In this document: positions 19,459-29,190 of the stretch, in pieces
Numbering within the stretch: position 1 is the first letter of the stretch
Layout of the letters: each line of letters starts with the position of its first letter
Sequence record: DRR723986_75299
Length of the DNA stretch: 40,083 nt
Direction: 5' to 3' (one strand)
Notes under the pieces: model-generated
The model's input: the letters and a program-made list of their open reading frames with translations, nothing else
The model's database searches: none
What the model was told of the DNA's origin: nothing
Program-made: the position numbers and the translations under genes

Positions 19459-20403
19459 ATGACAAAAACCAAAGCTTGGATCAGTGCAATGCGCTTAAGA
19501 ACACTTCCCCTATCTTTTAGTGTTATACTAATGGGATCAGCTTTAGGTGTACTCGGCCAAGACAGTAGTTTGCTTGGAGGCTTGTTTCAAAATCGTAACT
19601 GGAAAATTATAGTTCTAACCTTGGTCACAACACTATTTCTTCAAATTCTTTCAAATTTCGCGAATGATTACGGTGACTCTAAAAAAGGTGCAGATAACGC
19701 AGACAGAATTGGACCCGAACGAGCTGTCCAAAGCGGAGTACTGAGTAGTAAAGAAATGCTGATGGGAATAATCGTCACCAGTGCCTTAAGTTTGATTTCT
19801 GGAGTGTTATTGTTACTAGTGTCATTTGGTAATGAGTTAGATTTTACTTTTTTAGCTTTCCTTATTTTGGGAATATTGGCAATAGCTGCTGCAATCAAAT
19901 ATACGGTTGGCAAAGGTGCTTACGGATATTCAGGTTTAGGAGATGTATTTGTCTTTCTATTTTTTGGAATTCTGGGAGTTAGCGGATCATTTTATTTACA
20001 CGCTCATCATTTTGATTGGATAATTCTACTACCATCAACTACAATGGGCTGCTTCAGTGTTGCAGTGTTGAATTTGAATAATATGAGAGATCAAGTCAAT
20101 GATGCTGCTGTGGGCAAAAACACCCTAGCCGTGAAACTTGGCTTTTATAAAAGCAAATTGTATCACGTGATGTTGTTTGTGGTGGCTTACTTCATTTTTC
20201 CTATTCCATTGATGATATCCACAATTTCAGAACCAGTTGTATACTTTTTCATCTTTCCTACATTAATTATTCATTTCTTGCACATCAAAAAAGTACTACA
20301 AGTTAAGGAACCAAAGGAATTTGACCCCGAATTAAAAAAAGTAGCCTTATCTACATTTTTATTTGCACTATTATTTTTTGTAACCGTTTTGATCCAATTT
20401 TAA
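19459..20403 (+). CDS. menA: 1,4-dihydroxy-2-naphthoate prenyltransferase
   Basis: RLRTLPLS, QILSNFANDYGD, RIGPER, YGYSGLGD, NLNNMRD, GKNTLAV. Start moved to ATG 19459 because the track's N-terminus is translated repeat. Confidence 0.95.
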   Translation: MTKTKAWISAMRLRTLPLSFSVILMGSALGVLGQDSSLLGGLFQNRNWKIIVLTLVTTLFLQILSNFANDYGDSKKGADNADRIGPERAVQSGVLSSKEMLMGIIVTSALSLISGVLLLLVSFGNELDFTFLAFLILGILAIAAAIKYTVGKGAYGYSGLGDVFVFLFFGILGVSGSFYLHAHHFDWIILLPSTTMGCFSVAVLNLNNMRDQVNDAAVGKNTLAVKLGFYKSKLYHVMLFVVAYFIFPIPLMISTISEPVVYFFIFPTLIIHFLHIKKVLQVKEPKEFDPELKKVALSTFLFALLFFVTVLIQF

Positions 20404-20409
20404 ACAGTC

Positions 20410-21087
20410 ATGAGAATAGATATTTTAACCATATTACCAAAGCTGTTGGAATCACCATTAAGTGATTCAATCATGAAAAGGGCGCAAGAAAAAGGGCATC
20501 TTGATCTTCACATACATAACATCCGCGATTATTCTGAACAGAAGCAAAAAAGCGTTGATGATTACCAATATGGCGGAGGAGCAGGAATGGTAATGATGTG
20601 TCAACCTATTGCTGATTGTATTGAAAAGCTCAAGTCAGAACGTGATTATGATGCCATCATCTATATGACACCTGACGGCAAAAGACTGAATCAAGTCACT
20701 TGTAATCACCTATCATCCTTTCAAAATATCTTGATACTCTGTGGACACTACAAAGGCGTTGATCAAAGAATTAGAGACCTGTACATTACGGATGAAATAT
20801 CGATTGGAGACTATGTATTATCTGGTGGTGAGCTTGGCGCAGCAGTACTTGTTGATGCGGTTGTGCGATTGATTCCTGGCGTAATTAATGATGAAACCTC
20901 TGCCCTGACCGATTCTTTTCAGGATAATTTATTAGCACCTCCGGTTTATACCAGACCTGAAGATTACAAAGGATCTAAAGTCCCATCCATATTACTTTCT
21001 GGTGACACTAAAAAAATTGAAGATTGGAGAAATGAGCAAGCATTGAAAAGAACACAGGAAAAACGTCCGGATTTATTAAAGGAATAA
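20410..21087 (+). CDS. trmD: tRNA (guanine37-N1)-methyltransferase
   Basis: [47 protein letters not shown]. Confidence 0.97.
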   Translation: MRIDILTILPKLLESPLSDSIMKRAQEKGHLDLHIHNIRDYSEQKQKSVDDYQYGGGAGMVMMCQPIADCIEKLKSERDYDAIIYMTPDGKRLNQVTCNHLSSFQNILILCGHYKGVDQRIRDLYITDEISIGDYVLSGGELGAAVLVDAVVRLIPGVINDETSALTDSFQDNLLAPPVYTRPEDYKGSKVPSILLSGDTKKIEDWRNEQALKRTQEKRPDLLKE

Positions 21088-21115
21088 AAAAAAGCAGCTC
21101 TTTCAAGCTGCTTTT
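21088..21115. terminator. bidirectional intrinsic terminator
   Basis: AAAAGCAGCT-CTTTCA-AGCTGCTTTT between convergent genes. Confidence 0.8.
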
Positions 21116-21133
21116 CTATTTTTCGAATTTATT

Positions 21134-21538
21134 TTATTCTTCTTCTACCCAGGATTTTTTCACATAAAATCGAACTAGGTAGATGACATCTTTGTCGGTT
21201 GGTAATAATCTAATTTCACTGTTCGTTAAATCAATGATCCAATAGTATTTATTCCCAACATCACTTACTACATCATAAGTATAGACATCATACTCTTCGT
21301 CATACTCATTAGATTCTACGTAATAAACGCTTTTCATTTTGTCTGTTGTATGCGTAAACATAGATGCATCTTTATTCAGTTTGAACATAGAATAATCTTC
21401 CCATTTTTCGCAGTTAACAAATTCTTCTTTGTCGTTATCCCAATCACATTCTTCTCGCTGGTCGCAGCTAAAAAATACTTGAGAGTAACTTAAACTTCCA
21501 AGGCACACGAAGGCCAAAAACATTCCAAATTTTTTCAT
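21134..21538 (-). CDS. hypothetical acidic exported protein
   Basis: Signal peptide ending SYS-Q; -7 box TACTTTTG at 21571-21578. Confidence 0.72.
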   Translation of the reverse strand: MKKFGMFLAFVCLGSLSYSQVFFSCDQREECDWDNDKEEFVNCEKWEDYSMFKLNKDASMFTHTTDKMKSVYYVESNEYDEEYDVYTYDVVSDVGNKYYWIIDLTNSEIRLLPTDKDVIYLVRFYVKKSWVEEE

Positions 21539-21622
21539 TCTTTTTATTTAATTAATACAATCTGATAATTCAAAAGTAGTGTTTGAACTTTTGGTTTCGC
21601 TCAGTAATATACCGTATATTTT

Positions 21623-22072
21623 TTATTTATTATGCATGAGGTGATTAGAAGAATCTCTTCTTTCTCTTTCTCTGGGCTTGTTTGAATCGAGCGAATTATT
21701 CTTTAGAATAAAGCGGATAGGCACCACGCAGCGGACATTTACTGCTTTACCCTTTTGGGAACCAGGCGTCCAATTGGGCATGGATTTTACGATTCTTAAA
21801 GCCTCTTTATCGAGCGAGGGTGAAACTGAACGTAAAAGGCGAGCTTGACCAATATGACCATCTTTGAAAACTACGAATTGAACATAAGCAACCCCTTGTT
21901 CATTTTGCTCAACAGCAGTTTTTGGATAGACGATATGGTTTTGAAGATAATTTATTTTAGCCCGGTCTCCTCCTGGAAATTGGGGTGCAACTTCAGCGAA
22001 ATCTACAATCATTTCTTGCCCAAATAAGGACACAGCAAGACAAAGGTATATTATAAGAGATGAAAATTTCAC
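21623..22072 (-). CDS. TonB C-terminal domain protein
   Basis: PQFPGG, IVYP, QGVAYVQFVV, LDKEALRIV, MPNWTPG, VPIRF. Confidence 0.88.
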   Translation of the reverse strand: MKFSSLIIYLCLAVSLFGQEMIVDFAEVAPQFPGGDRAKINYLQNHIVYPKTAVEQNEQGVAYVQFVVFKDGHIGQARLLRSVSPSLDKEALRIVKSMPNWTPGSQKGKAVNVRCVVPIRFILKNNSLDSNKPRERERRDSSNHLMHNK

Positions 22073-22075
22073 CGA

Positions 22076-22492
22076 CTAGCGAGGTTGGGTTAATGAGAAT
22101 GTAATGGGTAATGTGTATCTCACTCTCACTTTTTTTCCTCTCATGGCTCCAGGCTCCCAATTTGGCATCAATTTCACAACACGAATTGCCTCATCATCTA
22201 GTGATTTGTGAGCTCCTCTTCGAATTGAAACTTCTGAAATTGAACCGTCTTTCTCTACAATAAATTGAACGTAAACTTTTCCTTGAATATTTTTAGACTT
22301 GGCTTCTGCAGGATATTTAATATTGTCGTTGATAAACTGCTCCATTGCATCACCTCCACCAGGGAATTTTGGCATCTGTTCAGGCATATCAAAAATCATC
22401 CCTTTGTTTGTCGAATCTGTTGGTATTTCGTTTGCGTAATTAATTTGTGTAAATCCGAAAAGTGCTATTGCAAAGGTTAAAAGTCTGGCCAT
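22076..22492 (-). CDS. TonB C-terminal domain protein
   Basis: EQMPKFPGG, IKYP, QGKVYVQFIVEKDG, LDDEAIRVV, MPNWEPG, LPITF. Confidence 0.92.
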   Translation of the reverse strand: MARLLTFAIALFGFTQINYANEIPTDSTNKGMIFDMPEQMPKFPGGGDAMEQFINDNIKYPAEAKSKNIQGKVYVQFIVEKDGSISEVSIRRGAHKSLDDEAIRVVKLMPNWEPGAMRGKKVRVRYTLPITFSLTQPR

Positions 22493-22684
22493 ATTAAGTG
22501 GGGTTTTGACACTAATCTAAGCTATTTTTGAGACAATTCATAGCAAGTAAACTTTTTTTTAGATAACCATAGGATATTCCCCCGTCAACCAATTTTATCC
22601 ATAGATAAATCAAAAAATAATAGTCTTGAATAGTTCGAAAGCTTCAAATTTGTAGGATATTAATATTAAGCTTATTTTTGAGTA

Positions 22685-23326
22685 ATGGCAAATTTCAGTA
22701 AATCTGTATTAATGGTGTGCATGCTTATTTTAGCATCATGTAATAAAGATCCTATTCAATATTCTTTTGAAGGCACCATTACTGAGAACACCAGTTCTGC
22801 TCCACTAGCAGATGTTAATGTAGATATCAAGCAGCTAGAAGTCAACAATTCGGTTTCAACCACTTTATATGATGATGCTGGGACAGCTGTTACAGACGCG
22901 AATGGGTTTTATTCTATGACTTTCGAACGCAAAAAGGTGAGTCAATTCAAAGTAGCTTTGCGCAAGTCTGGTTTTTTTAAGAAGGATGTCGAAATCAGTG
23001 CTGGAGATATTTCTTCTGAAAATACGAATGTGCTGAACTACGAAATGGACGCTAAAAGCTGGGTTAATTTTGACATTGAAAATACAGGGCTTTCAGATCC
23101 CGGAGATGAATTTCTAATTATCTTATATACCTACAGAACGGGCTGTACTGAGTGCGCTTCAGAAGATTACAATTATTTCTATGGTGATGTTGATACCAAT
23201 TTTAAAATCGCAACAACGGCAGGTTCGTATTTTAAATTTACCTATTCTCAAGTAGGCGTAAATTCCTATACCGACTCGATTTACCTGACGCCATTCGACA
23301 CAGTAAATTATGTGATTAACTACTGA
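22685..23326 (+). CDS. lipoprotein with carboxypeptidase-regulatory-like beta-sandwich
   Basis: LAS-C lipobox, EGTITE...PL..V.V, TDANGFYS, CxxC. Confidence 0.72.
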   Translation: MANFSKSVLMVCMLILASCNKDPIQYSFEGTITENTSSAPLADVNVDIKQLEVNNSVSTTLYDDAGTAVTDANGFYSMTFERKKVSQFKVALRKSGFFKKDVEISAGDISSENTNVLNYEMDAKSWVNFDIENTGLSDPGDEFLIILYTYRTGCTECASEDYNYFYGDVDTNFKIATTAGSYFKFTYSQVGVNSYTDSIYLTPFDTVNYVINY

Positions 23327-23383
23327 TAGGTAACTGTTTATCGAATAATTTGCCAAATTCCCTCATAGCCTAATTCTTTAAAT

Positions 23384-23391
23384 TAACTTTG
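23384..23391 (+). promoter_or_regulatory. -7 element TAACTTTG
   Basis: Consensus 21 nt upstream of the SulP ATG. Confidence 0.6.
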
Positions 23392-23412
23392 CCGCTATTT
23401 TCAAACTAGCGC

Positions 23413-25053
23413 ATGATTAAATTAATTCGTAATACTCAGAAAAATCTTAAGAATGAAGTTTTCTCAGGACTAACCGTTGCGCTTGCACTAGTGCCTGAAG
23501 CTGTAGCATTTGCATTCGTTGCAGGAATTGATCCATTAGTAGGATTGTACGGCGCATTCATGATGGGCCTCATAACTTCTATTTTTGGCGGTAGACCAGG
23601 AATGATTTCAGGAGCGACTGGCGCTATGGCTGTTGTGATGGTTGCACTAGTCAAAATAGGTGAAGATGCTGGTGGCCATGGATTGCAATACCTCTTTCTT
23701 ACACTCTTGTTGGTTGGAATTATTCAAATATCTGCAGGATTATTTAAGCTTGGGAAATTCGTTAGATTGATCCCTCATCCGGTAATGATGGGGTTTGTGA
23801 ATGGTTTAGCTATCGTGATTTGTATGTCGCAGTTTGGAATGTTTAGAGAGCCGGTTTTAGATGCTGCTGGTCACAAAATTCCTTTAGAATCTGGAGTTGG
23901 ATTTGAAACAGCTTTAATACAGGGAGCTGAATTGTGGACCATGCTTGGATTAGTTGCCCTGACAATGGGAATCATGTTCGGATTACCCAAATTAACCAAA
24001 AAGATTCCTGCAGCACTTACTGCGATATTAGTAGTAGCAGCAATCGTAATTTTTGGCAACATGGAAGTAAGTACCGTTGGAAGTTTTATTCAAGACGGTT
24101 TACCTGACGGACAAACTGGTGGAATTGACGGCGGTTTACCACAATTTCAATCGGATCTTTTTACAGCCATTCCCATCAATTTTGAACTGTTCAAAACGAT
24201 ATTCCCTTTTGCACTAATTCTAGCGGCGATTGGTTTAATTGAATCGTTGATGACTTTAAATTTGATTGATGAATTAACTCAAACGAGAGGAAATAGTAAT
24301 CGTGAGTGCATTGCACAAGGTAGTGCGAACATAGTGAATGGATTTTTTGGAGGCATGGGTGGTTGTGCCATGATTGGACAATCCATCATCAACATTAATT
24401 CTGGAGCAAGAGGACGACTGTCTGGAATAATTGCTGCGGTCACCTTATTAATGTTTATCTTATTTGGCGCTCCATTAATTGAGCAAGTGCCAATTGCTGC
24501 CCTCGTGGGTGTAATGTTTATGGTGGTTATCGGAACATTTGCTTGGTCAAGCTTTAGAATTCTTCCAAAAATTCCTTTAACAGATGCTTTTGTATTGATT
24601 TTAGTTTCAGGAATGACGGTGATATTCGATTTGGCCATAGCTGTAGTTGCCGGAGTTATAGTTTCTGCTCTTGTTTTTTCATGGGAGAACGCGAAAAGAA
24701 TTAGAGCTAGAAAAAGTATAAAGGAAGATGGTACCAAGGTTTACGAAATTTGGGGACCATTATTTTTTGGATCTGTACAAACCTTTGTTTCAAAGTTTGA
24801 TGTGGCTGAAGATCCTGAAAAGATTGAAATTGATTTTATAGAATCAAAAGTATCAGATCACTCAGGCATTGAAGCCATTTTTGGATTGGTTGAGCGTTAC
24901 GAAAAGGCTGGAAAGTCAATTACTTTGAAGCACTTAAGTCCTGACTGTGTAAGGATTTTGAAAAAAGCCAGTGCCAAGTTTAATGATGTCATAGTCGAAG
25001 ATGTTGACGATCCGAGATATTACGTAGTAATTGACGGACCTGAACCGGCATAG
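23413..25053 (+). CDS. SulP/SLC26 anion transporter with STAS domain
   Basis: SGLTVALALVPEAVAF, GGRPGMISGATGA, IESLMT, GGMGGCAMIGQS, GPLFFGS, DHSG. Confidence 0.95.
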   Translation: MIKLIRNTQKNLKNEVFSGLTVALALVPEAVAFAFVAGIDPLVGLYGAFMMGLITSIFGGRPGMISGATGAMAVVMVALVKIGEDAGGHGLQYLFLTLLLVGIIQISAGLFKLGKFVRLIPHPVMMGFVNGLAIVICMSQFGMFREPVLDAAGHKIPLESGVGFETALIQGAELWTMLGLVALTMGIMFGLPKLTKKIPAALTAILVVAAIVIFGNMEVSTVGSFIQDGLPDGQTGGIDGGLPQFQSDLFTAIPINFELFKTIFPFALILAAIGLIESLMTLNLIDELTQTRGNSNRECIAQGSANIVNGFFGGMGGCAMIGQSIININSGARGRLSGIIAAVTLLMFILFGAPLIEQVPIAALVGVMFMVVIGTFAWSSFRILPKIPLTDAFVLILVSGMTVIFDLAIAVVAGVIVSALVFSWENAKRIRARKSIKEDGTKVYEIWGPLFFGSVQTFVSKFDVAEDPEKIEIDFIESKVSDHSGIEAIFGLVERYEKAGKSITLKHLSPDCVRILKKASAKFNDVIVEDVDDPRYYVVIDGPEPA

Positions 25054-25054
25054 T

Positions 25055-28054
25055 TTACCAAATTCTCCAGTCAGTTTCTAGCACCTCTGCCCTATTTGTA
25101 GGGTTTTGTCTCCCTTTAGTAAGTGTAAACACTTCCTCTCTAACGAAATCGTTCATTTCACTAAGGTGAATAAAACCGTCACCATTGAGGTCTGCTTTCA
25201 TTTCTTTAATTCCAGTTAGAAAACTGTAAGTGAAAACACCGTTATTCCAATCATCACCTTCTATTGCGAATTCTAATCCTCCGGCAGATGAGATGATCAC
25301 AGCTCCAGAAGACTTTCGTATATCTGTAAACAACTCTTTCATCAGTTCAAAGCTATTGTTGAGTCCTAAATTTTGAGTTGCTGATGAATTGATTGCTCTA
25401 AAGGTTAAATCTTCCTCATTTCCGTCAGTAAAACTTTCTTCAACAGCAACCAGTTCTTCTTTATCAATTTCACCACTATGACAGGCGTCAATCATCATCA
25501 ACTTGCGTCTTGCAGGTATACCGTCCAATAAATTCTCAAACGACTCATAAGGTATTCCGTTCAAAGCTGGATTCTGAAAATCAATATTATAAGATGCCAG
25601 ATAATAATTCAAATCTGAATCCAAAATACCGTGCCCAGCATAGAAGACACAAACAATATCATCTACTGTCGTTTTATTGAGCTCGTCTTTCCAACTACTG
25701 ATTAATTCATTATTCACCTCTTCATTTACAGCTGATTTAACAATAACTTTATTAAAAACTCCAGATGTGCTATCAAATAGAGCGGCTACATCTTGTGCGT
25801 CTTTTGCCGCATAAGTTAAGTTGAACTTATCATCTTTATATTTTGAAGCACCAATTGTGTATAGATATAAATTAGGAAGCTTTTGTTGGTTAGATTGATA
25901 ATCTACCGTCACGGTATGCGCCAAGGACTCCACGCCTTTTTCGTTCAATACACTCACAGAAATAGCATTTTTACCCTGAGATAATTGAACGGGAATGGTC
26001 TTATTTAAGGATTTAATCTTCTGATCTTTTAACGAAAATCCTTCAACTCCATTTAATGGAACTTCATTGACCCGAATAATGATTCGATCTAAATTAAATT
26101 CGTTGTCATTTACGGCAATATCTAAATTGATTTTATTTTCAGTAGCAATTACTGGCAACTCCTTTTCGTTAGTTACTGAAGCGACAGGCAATTGAAAACT
26201 CCCATCCAGCATTTCTTCTGTAAAGCCCATTTTCTTTAATCTTTTCAAATAAGCCTTTTTAAACGGACCGATTAAGTCAAGGTTGGAAGCTTCTAAACTT
26301 TGAAGAATAATGTCAGGTCGATTGTATTTTAAATCAAACTGGGCAAAGGGAAAGACCTCTACTCCTTTCACAAAATGAATCAATTTTTGTGCACCTTTTG
26401 TTGCGTAGTAAAACTGATCAGGATTGACAATGGCAAAATCTTTAGGCCCAGTTGAAATTAAACTGACCATCTCTTTTCCAGTCACCAAATTCCAAATTCT
26501 TCGGGTACCATCTAAGGAGCTTGTGATCAAACGCTCACTGTCATCAGAAAAACGTGCTTCTTCAACATAGGTCAAATGCCCAGAAAACTTAAATTTTTCA
26601 GATTTAGTTTTCAGGTCAACCACATATACCTCATTATTTTCAGAAGATGTATAGGTGAGTAATGAATGATCGGCATTGATTTGCATGGCTCCGATATGAA
26701 CCCCTTTAACATCTTTTTCAAAGAACAAAGCGCCGGTTTCAAAATCCCAAACTTGCAGTCTGGTTTTATACTCAGTAGTAGAAATGGCTGAATTAATCGT
26801 GAATACATATTGATGATCTTGTGAAACATGAGAAAGATACATTGAAGGATCTGCAGAAGCGCTAGGAAATTTAGAAACTGCACCCGTGGCCAAATTATGC
26901 TTGTACATTCCATATCCTGATGAATCGGCTAATACAGTTTCACCTTTAGGACCAAAAAAGGCCTTAATGCAACCGTCAAGCGTTTTCACTTTTTTACCTG
27001 TTTTACTATCGCAGACATAGGTTCTACTCTTGATTTTGGTGGGGTCCATTTTATCCTTAGTCATTTCTAAAAAGGTAAACATGGTTCCATCAGGTGAAGC
27101 ATCATAAATGATAGTTGATTCTTTAGAGGTCACCATTTTACCTATGATCTTTTTCTTCATTAAGTCAACCCCAATAAATTCCTTAGTTTCTGTGTTTTTC
27201 GAATACTTTTCGCAAATCAAAATCTTTCCATCATTAGAAGATTTGAAATTCACGAAGTTAGGTACCTCAATATCATGCACGTCTGGAAATTGCCAAATAC
27301 GCACTCCGTCAACTCCCGAAGTAACAGGAATATGTGAGCCCGGAACAAATGATACTGACCTGCCTGTGAAAGGAACGATTTTTAAATCCTGTACTTTTTT
27401 ACGCAACTCAACATCATAAATCGCTTGCCCGGTAAACAGGTATTTTGAATCTTTACTGAACACAAAATTGACATTCAAGGTAGTATCTATTGGGCCTACT
27501 GATTTTGATCCTTGCCTGAAATAGGTGGTGTAAATGTAAGGCATAACCTCAGTGGCGCCGAATGTGTTCTTTACTTTTTTATAAACGATTTCTGTTTTAC
27601 CATCTGGCGAAGTAAAGACCAAATCTTTCATTGATTTTTCATACAAATGCGTTGAGGCAATGATTCTGCGTGTGGGTTCATATTTATAATTGGTGTAGTC
27701 GTATGGTGCTCCCTCTTTGTAAACAGATTCGCCCGTTTCAACATTGATGTGAAACTGATCATTGGTAAAGGCTTGGCTGGTAATAATCGTTTTACTGTCT
27801 GGACTAAAGTAAATGGAATCTGCCTGTTTTAGTAAGTCTTTAGAATAGGTAACATTCCTCAACATCCTACCAGTTTTGACATCCCAAATCGAAATAGCCG
27901 TAGAAAAAGTTTTAGCTACAAATTGTTGATTTGGACTCATGGCAACTGTGGTAGCCCAATCTAAGCCAGCCGCTATAACTACCTGAACCTCTTGTGCCCT
28001 GGAAGAAAAACTTACGAGGCAGCTCAGGACAAAAACGTGCAATATCTTTTTCAT
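25055..28054 (-). CDS. exported WD40 beta-propeller + caspase-like (peptidase C14) protein
   Basis: Signal peptide SSRA-Q, WD40 repeats (GHLTYV...SSLDGTRRIWN), FYAGHG and IDACHSG dyad, NGVFTY, ADLNGDG. Confidence 0.9.
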   Translation of the reverse strand: MKKILHVFVLSCLVSFSSRAQEVQVVIAAGLDWATTVAMSPNQQFVAKTFSTAISIWDVKTGRMLRNVTYSKDLLKQADSIYFSPDSKTIITSQAFTNDQFHINVETGESVYKEGAPYDYTNYKYEPTRRIIASTHLYEKSMKDLVFTSPDGKTEIVYKKVKNTFGATEVMPYIYTTYFRQGSKSVGPIDTTLNVNFVFSKDSKYLFTGQAIYDVELRKKVQDLKIVPFTGRSVSFVPGSHIPVTSGVDGVRIWQFPDVHDIEVPNFVNFKSSNDGKILICEKYSKNTETKEFIGVDLMKKKIIGKMVTSKESTIIYDASPDGTMFTFLEMTKDKMDPTKIKSRTYVCDSKTGKKVKTLDGCIKAFFGPKGETVLADSSGYGMYKHNLATGAVSKFPSASADPSMYLSHVSQDHQYVFTINSAISTTEYKTRLQVWDFETGALFFEKDVKGVHIGAMQINADHSLLTYTSSENNEVYVVDLKTKSEKFKFSGHLTYVEEARFSDDSERLITSSLDGTRRIWNLVTGKEMVSLISTGPKDFAIVNPDQFYYATKGAQKLIHFVKGVEVFPFAQFDLKYNRPDIILQSLEASNLDLIGPFKKAYLKRLKKMGFTEEMLDGSFQLPVASVTNEKELPVIATENKINLDIAVNDNEFNLDRIIIRVNEVPLNGVEGFSLKDQKIKSLNKTIPVQLSQGKNAISVSVLNEKGVESLAHTVTVDYQSNQQKLPNLYLYTIGASKYKDDKFNLTYAAKDAQDVAALFDSTSGVFNKVIVKSAVNEEVNNELISSWKDELNKTTVDDIVCVFYAGHGILDSDLNYYLASYNIDFQNPALNGIPYESFENLLDGIPARRKLMMIDACHSGEIDKEELVAVEESFTDGNEEDLTFRAINSSATQNLGLNNSFELMKELFTDIRKSSGAVIISSAGGLEFAIEGDDWNNGVFTYSFLTGIKEMKADLNGDGFIHLSEMNDFVREEVFTLTKGRQNPTNRAEVLETDWRIW

Positions 28055-28233
28055 AATTCTTGTTCAGTTAAAGATAAAAAATTGTCGGGTTATTTGAGAT
28101 TATTCATCTAAATCATTTAGATATTCATTCATAGAAATCCCTCCTCTGTCGAAAATAAATGAGATCTAGGCCTTTAGTATTTTGATTTGCTGCCTATTAT
28201 CCCTAAATTGACATACACCCTAATTCTTATCCT

Positions 28234-28632
28234 ATGCAAAACTTACATTTAAAAGGATCAGAAAAAACTCCACACTTCTACTTAAATTCTAACGGGGAGA
28301 TCCGTTTTGGTGGGATATCTATGCCTGAAGATGCCGCCTCATTTTACTTTGATATCATGGATTGGATCAGTGATTATTACCGCACACCCAATCAACAAAC
28401 AGACGTAACGGTTAGTTTCTTGTATTTAAACTCCAGCAGCTCTTCTATGATTTTCAAAATATTCCATGCGCTAAAACGCTTGCAAGACAGTGGAAAATCA
28501 AGGGTGAAATGCAACTGGTATTATGAAGTTTCTGATGACAGTATGAAGGATTATATTCAGAAAGTTCAAGATTTGGCTGACAATATTGAATTTAAAATTC
28601 ATCCTACCGATAATATTTTAGTTGAACAATAA
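28234..28632 (+). CDS. siaC: SiaC-family (DUF1987) regulatory phosphoprotein
   Basis: GSEKTP, G.SMPEDAASFY, YLNSSSS, V.CNWYY. Confidence 0.85.
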   Translation: MQNLHLKGSEKTPHFYLNSNGEIRFGGISMPEDAASFYFDIMDWISDYYRTPNQQTDVTVSFLYLNSSSSSMIFKIFHALKRLQDSGKSRVKCNWYYEVSDDSMKDYIQKVQDLADNIEFKIHPTDNILVEQ

Positions 28633-28742
28633 ATCTACTCGACAACTAGACTAAACCGATTGAGCAAAATACACAAACACTAAACTCCTCATAATCAGTA
28701 AATAAAAACTTCCTAAAACTTTTAGATTTGATTTAAATGCCT

Positions 28743-28750
28743 TAGCTTTG
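28743..28750 (+). promoter_or_regulatory. -7 element TAGCTTTG
   Basis: Consensus upstream of the second siaC. Confidence 0.55.
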
Positions 28751-28794
28751 CCGAAAATTTTAACAAGAACAATAAAGAACTGTTAAAAGCATAA

Positions 28795-29190
28795 ATGGAA
28801 AATTTCGTTTTAAATAGAACAGAGAGGACTCCTCAAATTGAGCTCAACACCAATGGTAGATTGAGTATCAAAGGGAATTCTACACCCGTTGATGCTTATG
28901 GTTTTTACCTGGATGTGTTGGATTGGGCAACGGATTACTATCGGAACCCCGCAGATAAAACGAACATCATCATAGAGTTTTCCCATATCAATTCCAGTTC
29001 ATCAAGTATTGTTTATCGTATTTTTCATCTTTTGAATCGTCTACACGAATCAAAACGCAGCTTTGTTAGGTGTATTTGGGCTTATGATGTTGAAGATGAA
29101 TTCATGATTGACTTTATTGAGTCGATTCAAGAGGTTGCATCGAGCATTTCAGTATTGAAGCAGCCTAAGTCTGTTGAATTTGCTTTTTAA
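28795..29190 (+). CDS. siaC: SiaC-family (DUF1987) protein, paralog 2
   Basis: TERTP, IKGNSTPVDAYGFY, HINSSSS, VRCIWAY; colinear with 28234-28632. Confidence 0.8.
   Translation: MENFVLNRTERTPQIELNTNGRLSIKGNSTPVDAYGFYLDVLDWATDYYRNPADKTNIIIEFSHINSSSSSIVYRIFHLLNRLHESKRSFVRCIWAYDVEDEFMIDFIESIQEVASSISVLKQPKSVEFAF

Noticed and set aside
22493-22684. Repeated TAAGC(T)TATTTTTGAG in the TonB/lipoprotein spacer; possible sRNA
   Set aside because: Explained as -7-like promoter boxes; no terminator or stable structure.
23436-24737. Antisense ORFs (72, 63, 152 aa) in SulP
   Set aside because: Mirror-frame shadows of a hydrophobic gene. The same applies to nested ORFs in ABC-F, elbB, menA, PNP, WG-repeat and caspase genes.
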